A DNA stretch of 32,000 nt, taken from the NCBI GenBank assembly GCA_963676105.1, contig OY781039.1:1350001-1382000 (forward strand). The letters run 5' to 3'. A model generated the notes under the pieces. It was not told where the DNA came from. It searched no databases and was given only the letters and a program-made list of their open reading frames with translations. A program made the translations under genes and the position numbers. Source of the DNA: Erysipelotrichaceae bacterium (GTDB taxonomy: Bacteria; Bacillota_I; Bacilli_A; Erysipelotrichales; Erysipelotrichaceae). How positions within the stretch are numbered: position 1 is the stretch's first letter; the number at the start of each line of letters is the position of its first letter. Shown here one piece after another: positions 8,691 through 15,521 of this stretch.

Positions 8691-9476
8691 TTAGTCATTC
8701 AAGCTTAATTTGTATTTATCATAGAATGATAAAATTATGTTCTTTTGATCGATATCTAGGTAAGTTAAAACGAAATCTACAGTATCTACATCAATACCAT
8801 AATAGGCTTCCGCAATCCCACCAGCCATACAGGCAATCGTGTCACTATCGCCACCTAAGGAGATAGCTGTACGTATACAGTCATCAAAACTATTTGATTT
8901 AAGAAAAGCATAGATCGCAAAGGGTACAGTCACTTGACATGTTTCATTGAATCCCGTTGATTGAATATCTTTGAGTCTTAAATCTAAATCATACTGAAAT
9001 CGATCTTCGATTTCTTTTTTAATAAAATCTTTTGATTGTTTTTCTTTCGCATAATAAATTGCTAAGGCAATTGCTTGTGCCCCTTTTATTCCTTCTTGAT
9101 GATTATGTGTTACAGCTGCACTATATTTCGATAGTTTGAGTACTTCATCAACACTACGCGCTACAAAGCCAATTGGTGAGATACGCATCGCCGAGCCATT
9201 ACCAAATGAATTGTATGGTTCAAGACTTTTAGATTGTCCCCATTTATAAAACATGCCACCAAAACCACGCTTATCCATATATGTTTTTCTAAAGTAATAT
9301 TTATAAGCTACATCAAAGCCCATGAATGGATGAAGTATCGCATCCATCGTGGCGATTGTTAATACCGTGTCATCGGTATAACGTAACTCGTCTCTTTCGA
9401 TCACAAAGTCTTTCTTAAACGTATTATTAAACTCAAAAACACTACCCACAATATCACCATAAATCGCTCCAAACAT
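8691..9476 (-). CDS. ADP-ribosylglycohydrolase (ARH/DraG) family protein
   Basis: N-terminal MFGAIYGDIVGSVFEF, YTDDTVLT and C-terminal GGDSDTIACMAGGIAEAYYG metal-site motifs. The start is set at ATG 9474-9476 with an AGGAGGA RBS. The 28-codon upstream extension in the track lacks an RBS. Confidence 0.85.
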   Translation of the reverse strand: MFGAIYGDIVGSVFEFNNTFKKDFVIERDELRYTDDTVLTIATMDAILHPFMGFDVAYKYYFRKTYMDKRGFGGMFYKWGQSKSLEPYNSFGNGSAMRISPIGFVARSVDEVLKLSKYSAAVTHNHQEGIKGAQAIALAIYYAKEKQSKDFIKKEIEDRFQYDLDLRLKDIQSTGFNETCQVTVPFAIYAFLKSNSFDDCIRTAISLGGDSDTIACMAGGIAEAYYGIDVDTVDFVLTYLDIDQKNIILSFYDKYKLSLND

Positions 9477-9575
9477 ATGCCATCCTCCTGTTGATGTCTC
9501 TATCTTATTACAGATTACTAAACTCAGGGTTAACTGTGAAGATACTTTAATTGTCCGCAATTACGTACAGTTCTA

Positions 9576-9604
9576 TTGAAACTTTAATTACCTAGGATTA
9601 TCTT
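9576..9604 (+). promoter_or_regulatory. candidate sigma-A promoter for the 47-aa ORF
   Basis: TTGAAA (9576-9581), 17-nt spacer, TATCTT (9599-9604). Confidence 0.3.
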
Positions 9605-9642
9605 ATAAATGACTTGGGGAAGTCAGTATCAGGAGGGTTATT

Positions 9643-9786
9643 ATGGATTTTATTATCATACTATTAGTTATTGTTTGGGTATTCTTTGGGATGATTGCGA
9701 ATGCAAAAACTGGTCAAGACATTGATAGAACCGTTCCAAATCCTCCCGATCCATTCGATGGTTTTGATGACTATGATGGGGTTTAG
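9643..9786 (+). CDS. 47-aa single-TM micropeptide (not in the supplied ORF track)
   Basis: AGGAGGG at 9631-9637, 5 nt before the ATG at 9643. Sequence MDFIIILLVIVWVFFGMIANAKTGQDIDRTVPNPPDPFDGFDDYDGV. It has its own terminator at 9841-9866. Confidence 0.55.
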   Translation: MDFIIILLVIVWVFFGMIANAKTGQDIDRTVPNPPDPFDGFDDYDGV

Positions 9787-9840
9787 ATCCAATAAAATTA
9801 GTTCACGCTTATGAATGATAAAGCTCGCGAAGAACAATAG

Positions 9841-9866
9841 AACCTGTTATTTTCAACAGGTTTTTT
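9841..9866 (+). terminator. intrinsic terminator
   Basis: Perfect 8-bp stem AACCTGTT-attttc-AACAGGTT followed by TTTT. Confidence 0.8.
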
Positions 9867-9880
9867 ATTATAATAGATTT

Positions 9881-10243
9881 ATGTTTAATATTTCCAATAG
9901 ACTAATTAAACAAGTCACCATGATTCTGTATGTCGCAAACATTCAGTTTTGGTTATTTCTTTTAATCTATTTCATCAGTTTTGAAACAATCACAAGTGTT
10001 AGTGATTATTTTGAATGTTTTGTCTTTGGATCAGAGATTATTGTATTCTCACTTTCCTTTTATGGCTACATTAAACAAAAAAAGATCATTTATATCGGTT
10101 CGCTTATCTTTGTATTCTTAAATGCCATTCTTTCAATCACAGATCAAATTGGTAGCTTAGATTTGATTTCACTCGTATTAAATGTTAGTTTATTTCTAAG
10201 TTTACTCGCACAATATAAACGCTTATATAAATCACATAACTAA
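9881..10243 (+). CDS. hypothetical small polytopic membrane protein
   Basis: About 4 hydrophobic segments. The start is moved to ATG 9881 because the track start (9815) lies upstream of and across the 9841-9866 terminator. The RBS is weak, so the start is uncertain. Confidence 0.5.
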   Translation: MFNISNRLIKQVTMILYVANIQFWLFLLIYFISFETITSVSDYFECFVFGSEIIVFSLSFYGYIKQKKIIYIGSLIFVFLNAILSITDQIGSLDLISLVLNVSLFLSLLAQYKRLYKSHN

Positions 10244-10343
10244 TCCTTTGACAATTTCACATATTTGTCTCACATTGTGTTCACACGTTAGGGGTATGAT
10301 AGATATGCTGATTTGTTTAAAAAACAGTGCAGGATAAACACAT

Positions 10344-10754
10344 ATGATAAATCGTTTTAAATACTCTTTATACCGTTTCATGATAGGACGCTACGGAAAT
10401 GATGCATTAGGTTTTGGACTTCTAGGTCTAAGCTTTTTCTTCAGTATCATCTCTGGATTCTTTGGTGATTACAGAACATACGTCGCTCTACTATCCTATA
10501 TACCTCTATGGTATGAAGTTTATCGCTTTCTCTCACGTAATATTTATAAACGTCAAAGAGAAAACTCAAAATTCTTAGGAATGATTAAACCTTTTAGAAA
10601 AGAAGGTAAACGTATTTATCTTAACTTTACACAAAAAGACTACAAACACTACACATGTCCACATTGTTCACAACTTATACGTGTCCCAGCTAAAAGAGGC
10701 CGTATTGAAATAAGTTGTCCACATTGTCGAAAGACATTCACAAAGAAAACATAG
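10344..10754 (+). CDS. membrane protein with C-terminal zinc ribbon
   Basis: 136 aa with two hydrophobic helices, then CPHC-x17-CPHC (CPHCSQLIRVPAKRGRIEISCPHCRKTF). Confidence 0.7.
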   Translation: MINRFKYSLYRFMIGRYGNDALGFGLLGLSFFFSIISGFFGDYRTYVALLSYIPLWYEVYRFLSRNIYKRQRENSKFLGMIKPFRKEGKRIYLNFTQKDYKHYTCPHCSQLIRVPAKRGRIEISCPHCRKTFTKKT

Positions 10755-10762
10755 GAGATTTT

Positions 10763-11047
10763 ATGTACGGATTTAGCTTTCTCAGATACATCGGATATTT
10801 TCTACTTTTAAACCTAATTTTAAATTTCGCATTTAGATTATCACCATTACTAGGATTCTTAGCTTTTGGTGCTTTTATCTACTACAGTATATTTAGACGT
10901 ATGGGTCATCAAAGAATGTGGGGATCTACTCAATTTAGAACCTATAACACGGGTCAAAAACAACAATCTTATGAACAGCCTAAAGAAACGTTCAAAAAAG
11001 ATCCTAACGTTATCGACGCAGAATATCACGAACACAAAACACACTAA
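10763..11047 (+). CDS. hypothetical small membrane protein, translationally coupled to the zinc-ribbon gene
   Basis: An AGGAG overlaps the upstream TAG stop (10752-10754), 5 nt before ATG 10763. The protein has two TM helices and a hydrophilic tail. Confidence 0.65.
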   Translation: MYGFSFLRYIGYFLLLNLILNFAFRLSPLLGFLAFGAFIYYSIFRRMGHQRMWGSTQFRTYNTGQKQQSYEQPKETFKKDPNVIDAEYHEHKTH

Positions 11048-11071
11048 GAGCCACAATTGTGGCTCTTTTTG
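11047..11071. terminator. bidirectional intrinsic terminator
   Basis: AGAGCCAC-aatt-GTGGCTCT followed by TTTTT, between convergent genes. Confidence 0.75.
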
Positions 11072-11506
11072 TTAACCATCCCAACCAAATTGGGTAAAAG
11101 TCATTCTATTTAAGTAAGCTCTAATCGCAAATCTTATGTAAGGTATTGTATTATCTGGTAGTTTATCTAAGTCTACCCACTTTAACTCATCACATTTATC
11201 AAGTTCTTTATTTTCAACACTACCTTGATATGAAATACATTCAAAGAAATAGTCCATACGTTCACTCTCTGATTTTCGATGCATGATTTGGATTGGCTTT
11301 AAATGTTCTTTTTCAATATTTATCCCAATCTCTTCTTTCGCTTCACGAATCATCGCATCGATATAGGATTCATTCGCTTCTACATGTCCTGCACAAACAC
11401 TATACTTCCCATCTTCATAACCTGTATTAAAGCGTCTAAGCAATAATATTTGATTGTCTTTAATCAGAAATAAATGAACAGCTAAATAAACCTTAGTCCT
11501 TGCCAT
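11072..11506 (-). CDS. NUDIX hydrolase
   Basis: Complete Nudix box GHVEANESYIDAMIREAKEEIGI (G-x5-E-x7-REx2EExGI). Confidence 0.85.
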   Translation of the reverse strand: MARTKVYLAVHLFLIKDNQILLLRRFNTGYEDGKYSVCAGHVEANESYIDAMIREAKEEIGINIEKEHLKPIQIMHRKSESERMDYFFECISYQGSVENKELDKCDELKWVDLDKLPDNTIPYIRFAIRAYLNRMTFTQFGWDG

Positions 11507-12395
11507 GATTTAAATGATGATAAAGTGCTCCAATAAGATTACTATCATTTCCAAAGGCACAAGGAACAATATTCATCATCTTTTGTGGTGCCCAAGGTAG
11601 GTTTGAAAATAGTTTTTCTAACTTCGCTTTAATAGTTTCAATAAGTATTGCTTGAGCCGATACCCCACCACCAATCGCAATCGTTTCAGTATCTAAAATT
11701 GTTTGTATGGTAAATAACCCATAAGCAAATGATTCAGAGAAATCTTCTAGTACTTGTTGTGCTATCTTATCTTGGTTATGAATGGCTTCAAAGAAATCTT
11801 TCCCATTGATTGATTTAGGATCTAAACCTTTAGCGATCGCATAAGATCCGGTTAGATTTCCAGTTGAATTGATTCTTGCCCATACATCAAAGGGATCATT
11901 TACAGGATGAATGGTTGTTGGTAAACCTGATACTTCACCTGAAGCAAAATTGAATCCTCGATGGACTTTCCCATTAACCACAACTCCCCCACCAATACCT
12001 GTGCCAATGGTTAAGACCATACCACAGTCTACATTTTTAAGTGAACCTTTCCAAAGTTCGGCTGAAGCAGCACATTTCGCATCATTATCTATTGTGACAG
12101 GGACTTGTACTTTCTCTTGTATTAAGTCAGCTAACGGACATTCCATTATGTAGTGAGATAAAGCACCACCTGTAAACATAAAACCTCGATTAGCATCAAT
12201 GCGTCCAGGTGCACTCATCGCAATACCAGAAACATCTTTATGTTTCTCATAAATTTCAACTATAGTCTCGATAAAGTCATCTAAATTTGTTTTAGGTGTT
12301 TTTACATCACCCTTAGATAAAATCGTTGATTCTTCATTCATTAAGGCATATTTGATGGCTGTTCCACCAACATCAATACTTAGGTAAGTTTTCAT
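11493..12395 (-). CDS. ROK family sugar kinase
   Basis: N-terminal DVGGT ATP-binding motif, DNDAKCAA and GTGIGGGVVVNGKVHRG ROK signature. The Cys zinc motif typical of glucokinases is absent. It overlaps the NUDIX start by 14 nt. Confidence 0.8.
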   Translation of the reverse strand: MKTYLSIDVGGTAIKYALMNEESTILSKGDVKTPKTNLDDFIETIVEIYEKHKDVSGIAMSAPGRIDANRGFMFTGGALSHYIMECPLADLIQEKVQVPVTIDNDAKCAASAELWKGSLKNVDCGMVLTIGTGIGGGVVVNGKVHRGFNFASGEVSGLPTTIHPVNDPFDVWARINSTGNLTGSYAIAKGLDPKSINGKDFFEAIHNQDKIAQQVLEDFSESFAYGLFTIQTILDTETIAIGGGVSAQAILIETIKAKLEKLFSNLPWAPQKMMNIVPCAFGNDSNLIGALYHHLNHGKD

Positions 12396-12423
12396 AGTAT
12401 TCCTCGCTTAATAATACTTTAGC

Positions 12424-12450
12424 ATACAAAAAAAGACTCTTGCGAGTCTT
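12424..12450 (-). terminator. intrinsic terminator after the cyclophilin gene
   Basis: On the minus strand: AAGACTC-gcaa-GAGTCTT followed by TTTTTTT. It overlaps the stop codon. Confidence 0.7.
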
Positions 12451-12964
12451 ATAAAGTTTGATGTGGGTAATCAGCCCCAAATGTTTCAACAGTAACAGAT
12501 TGAATCACTTGTGCTTCAAGTGGTTTGTCCATACGATCGCGTTTTACACTAACGATACGATCGATGATATCCATGCCTCTTAATACTTTACCAAAGGCAG
12601 CATATTGACCATCTAAGTGAGGAGCATCCGCAACCATAATAAAGAATTGTGATCCAGCACTATCAGGGTGTTGAGATCGAGCCATAGATAGAACACCACG
12701 GCTGTGTTTTAAATCATTTTGAATTCCGTTATAACTGAATTCCCCTTTAATACTGTAGCCAGGACCACCAGTTCCTGTTCCATGTGGACAACCACCTTGA
12801 ACCATAAAACCAGGAATGACACGGTGAAATGTTAAACCATCATAAAATCCTTCTTGTGCTAAGTGAATGAAGTTGGCAACACTGATTGGTGCGACTTCAG
12901 GATTTAATTCGATATGGACTGCTTCGTCCCCTTTAAATTGCATAGTAACAACTGGATTTCTCAT
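12449..12964 (-). CDS. ppiB: cyclophilin-type peptidyl-prolyl cis-trans isomerase
   Basis: FHRVIPGFMVQGGCP...GTGGPGY...SMAR...GSQFFI motifs. Confidence 0.9.
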   Translation of the reverse strand: MRNPVVTMQFKGDEAVHIELNPEVAPISVANFIHLAQEGFYDGLTFHRVIPGFMVQGGCPHGTGTGGPGYSIKGEFSYNGIQNDLKHSRGVLSMARSQHPDSAGSQFFIMVADAPHLDGQYAAFGKVLRGMDIIDRIVSVKRDRMDKPLEAQVIQSVTVETFGADYPHQTL

Positions 12965-13158
12965 ATTTAATCTCTCTTCTTTTAATCAAAATAAAATGCA
13001 CTATTTAATGTGCCTACTTATAATACTCAATGTTACACCGAAAATCAAACATAATAAGTCATAACTGTACTTATAAAAACAAAAAAGAATAGTTATGTAA
13101 TATTGTTTAAGTCCATTTTGCTCGATTTTTTATTTTTATAATAAATTTATCAATTTTT

Positions 13159-13176
13159 TTGTGAAATATTTAACTA
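13159..13176. promoter_or_regulatory. candidate Rex (redox repressor) operator
   Basis: TTGTGAA-ATAT-TTAACTA, compared with the published Rex consensus TTGTGAAnnnnTTCACAA / TTGTTAAnnnnTTAACAA. There are 2 mismatches in the 14 specified positions to either form. It lies about 50 nt upstream of the hydrogenase operon start. Confidence 0.45.
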
Positions 13177-13227
13177 TTAGGCGAAAACTATGTTAATATA
13201 TTAACAAATATGGGAGGTATTTATAAT

Positions 13228-13734
13228 ATGACCGCTCGAATCAATGACAAAAGCTTGAAGACCATCAATAATATCATTCTCAAGCACAAAGACAAATTAG
13301 GACCTGTAAAACTCATGTTACATGATGTTCAACACGACCTTGGCTACATTCCATTTGAAGCTATGGAATTAATTTCTGAAACAACCGGAACACCGGTTGC
13401 GGAAATTTATGGTGTTGTCAGTTTTTACACCCAATTTACAACTGAACCTAAAGGCAAACATGTCATAAACATATGCATGGGAACAGCCTGTTATGTTAAA
13501 GGCTCACAACTCTTATTAAATCGCGTAAGTCTACTCACTAAAGCACCTGTTAATGGAACCAGCGAAGACGGTATCTTTTCTTTAGATGCAACTCGTTGTT
13601 TAGGTGCCTGTGGACTCGCACCTGCTTGTGTACTTGATGGTCAAGTTTATGGCAATGCCAACAGCAATAAATCATTTGAAGATGAGTTAAAGAAAATTTT
13701 GCGTAAGGAACTATCTACGCGTGAAACTCACTAA
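13228..13734 (+). CDS. hydC: NuoE-like [2Fe-2S] subunit of NAD(P)H-linked [FeFe]-hydrogenase (HydC)
   Basis: Thioredoxin-like 2Fe-2S pattern C-x4-C...C-x3-C (NICMGTACYVKG...ATRCLGACGLAP). GGAGG lies 10 nt before ATG 13228. The track start at 13210 has no RBS. Confidence 0.85.
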   Translation: MTARINDKSLKTINNIILKHKDKLGPVKLMLHDVQHDLGYIPFEAMELISETTGTPVAEIYGVVSFYTQFTTEPKGKHVINICMGTACYVKGSQLLLNRVSLLTKAPVNGTSEDGIFSLDATRCLGACGLAPACVLDGQVYGNANSNKSFEDELKKILRKELSTRETH

Positions 13735-14092
13735 CTTATTAAATTTTATTGAAGCTGAAGAACTCACGCTTCCCCAAGCTCATTTCTTAGAAGAAGAATT
13801 TTATTATGTCGCCACATCTGATTTAATGAGTGATTTACTCGCACTTATCGTCGCTCCATCTGGTCAAACTGTTCTAGTTACAGGTTTAGCTAATGGGTCA
13901 TCTTTAAGAACAGCAGAAATGCTTGATATCCAAAATATTATTTATTGTCGTAATAAACGACTGAATGAAGATCACGCTAAACTGGCACAATCGATGGATA
14001 TCAATACTTACACGACCAAACTTCCAATGTTTGATGTGATTGGTATCTTCTATCGTGAAGGTTTATTGACCGCAACGAGACTACATAAATGA
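13721..14092 (+). CDS. small DRTGG-like domain protein, function unknown (module gene 1)
   Basis: 123 aa, GTG start with AAGGAA 10 nt upstream, overlapping hydC by 14 nt. It is a paralogue of the 14510-14836 product. The DRTGG assignment comes from remembered pattern only. Confidence 0.55.
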   Translation: MKLTNLLNFIEAEELTLPQAHFLEEEFYYVATSDLMSDLLALIVAPSGQTVLVTGLANGSSLRTAEMLDIQNIIYCRNKRLNEDHAKLAQSMDINTYTTKLPMFDVIGIFYREGLLTATRLHK

Positions 14093-14520
14093 AATTAAGA
14101 ACCTTTCCAATTGCGGCTAATGATTACACTAATGCGGGTACTGTCTCTAGTCAAATTAAGAAATGGGCTAAAAGACAAGAATATGATCCAGCTTTTATAA
14201 GAAGAATCGCGATTGCGTGTTATGAAGCAGAAATCAATACTATTATTCACTCAAAAGGTGGTGTCGCTATCTTAGATTTAGATGAACACTACATCAATAT
14301 TATTTTCCAAGATTTTGGTCCAGGTATTAAAGACATTGAATTAGCCATGAAAGAAGGTTGGTCTTCGGCTAATGAAAGAGCCCAATCTATGGGATTTGGT
14401 GCAGGGCTTGGTTTACCAAATATAAAAAGAAATGTCGATAATTTCAAATTAGAATCCTGTTGCGAGGGGACTAGATTGACCCTTGGATTTAATCGCGAGG
14501 AGGCAATTCATGAACATTAA
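14089..14520 (+). CDS. stand-alone GHKL/HATPase_c protein, SpoIIAB/RsbW-sized Ser/Thr-kinase-like (module gene 2)
   Basis: 143 aa. N-box YEAEINTIIHS, G1 DFGPGI, G2 GFGAGLGLPNI. There is no DHp/His helix and no TM. ATGA start/stop overlap with the upstream gene. Confidence 0.75.
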   Translation: MKLRTFPIAANDYTNAGTVSSQIKKWAKRQEYDPAFIRRIAIACYEAEINTIIHSKGGVAILDLDEHYINIIFQDFGPGIKDIELAMKEGWSSANERAQSMGFGAGLGLPNIKRNVDNFKLESCCEGTRLTLGFNREEAIHEH

Positions 14521-14836
14521 AGATTTGATTAAAAAAACAAATTGGAAGCAAAGTGGATCTAATCGCAATGCTGAAATCAGTGGTATTTTTACTGGTGATC
14601 TACTCTCTTATGTCATGGGACATGGAGAAGACAAACAAATTTGGATTACCATGCAAAATCATATTAATGCGATTGGTGTAGCAAACTTAAAAGAATTTTC
14701 TGCGATTATCTTAATTGATTCATTAGAATTTGATGAAGACTGTTTGGCAAAAGCAAAAGCAGCACACGTTTGCGTACTAACAAGTCCGTTAAATGCAGTT
14801 GATACTCTTCGCACTCTCATTGATCTAGGTTTATAA
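14510..14836 (+). CDS. small DRTGG-like domain protein, paralogue of module gene 1 (module gene 3)
   Basis: GAGGAGG lies 7 nt before ATG 14510, with an 11-nt overlap with the upstream gene. It shares the pattern [SG]DL[ML]S...[VI].[VI]T...N...A..L...II...ED...KA...GL with the 13721 product. Confidence 0.6.
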   Translation: MNIKDLIKKTNWKQSGSNRNAEISGIFTGDLLSYVMGHGEDKQIWITMQNHINAIGVANLKEFSAIILIDSLEFDEDCLAKAKAAHVCVLTSPLNAVDTLRTLIDLGL

Positions 14837-14837
14837 A

Positions 14838-15521
14838 ATGAAATACGACTTGCACATACACTCAGGTTTATCTCCTTGCGCAGAGGATGAAATGAGCCCT
14901 AATAATATTGTGCAGATGGCCAAGTTGCATCATCTTGATCTTATTTCTGTATGTGACCATAACTCAACCCTTCAACAAGAAGTGCTTTCAAAAGTTGCAC
15001 AGAAACATGGTATTGAATATTGGTTTGGTATTGAAATAAATACCATTGAAGAAGTCCATGTTTGTGCTTATTTTAAAAAATTCGACCACATACAGCGCTT
15101 CCAATCTACTCTTAACCATTACTTCAGAAAGATTGAGAATAAAAAGGATATATTTGGGAATCAATTCGTCTATGACGAAAATGATAATCGTATTGATGAA
15201 TACCCTTATTTACTTTTAAATTCATTAGACTTAAGTTTGGAAAATTGTATTCGATTCATACATCAAAACCATGGTAAAGCTGTCTTAGCTCATATCTATG
15301 GTCGAGAAAATGGAATTATTCAACAACTTGGATTCATTCCTGAAAATATTTATATCGATGGAGTTGAAGTGACAACTGCAGAAGAAATCAAACGCTTTGA
15401 AACCGAATATCCACAGTATCAAAATTTACCAATACTTATTAACTCGGATGCACACCGCTTATGTGACATCATCAAGGATACACATGAATTACCACAAAGT
15501 GTTAAATGGTTTAGAAAATGA
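14838..15521 (+). CDS. PHP-domain metal-dependent phosphoesterase (module gene 4)
   Basis: 227 aa. YDLHIHSGLSPCA, ISVCDHNS, AVLAHIYG and INSDAHR are His/Asp metal-ligand motifs of the PHP fold. Confidence 0.75.
   Translation: MKYDLHIHSGLSPCAEDEMSPNNIVQMAKLHHLDLISVCDHNSTLQQEVLSKVAQKHGIEYWFGIEINTIEEVHVCAYFKKFDHIQRFQSTLNHYFRKIENKKDIFGNQFVYDENDNRIDEYPYLLLNSLDLSLENCIRFIHQNHGKAVLAHIYGRENGIIQQLGFIPENIYIDGVEVTTAEEIKRFETEYPQYQNLPILINSDAHRLCDIIKDTHELPQSVKWFRK

Noticed and set aside
9477-9560. The upstream extension of the ADP-ribosylglycohydrolase ORF.
   Set aside because: The family N-terminus (MFGAIYGDxxGS) starts at 9476 with a perfect AGGAGGA RBS. The extension has none.
9616-9628. The 13-nt identity between 9616-9628 and 21143-21155 read as copies of a mobile or REP-like repeat.
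   Set aside because: Similarity does not extend into either flank. There are no terminal inverted repeats or target duplications, and only two copies are visible. I kept it only as a possible sRNA-target complementarity, with an explicit chance-match caveat.
9815-9880. The track start of the 142-aa membrane ORF at 9815.
   Set aside because: The first 22 codons run across the strong terminator at 9841-9866, so the start was moved to ATG 9881. That start is still uncertain.
10248-10300. TTGACA plus three TCACA pentamers (10257, 10270, 10281) and the CACAtTGTG palindrome upstream of the zinc-ribbon gene, considered as a CRP/FNR- or Rex-type site.
   Set aside because: The spacing does not fit TGTGA-N6-TCACA or the Rex 18-mer. 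I also could not pair the TTGACA with a convincing -10. There is too little evidence to call a site.
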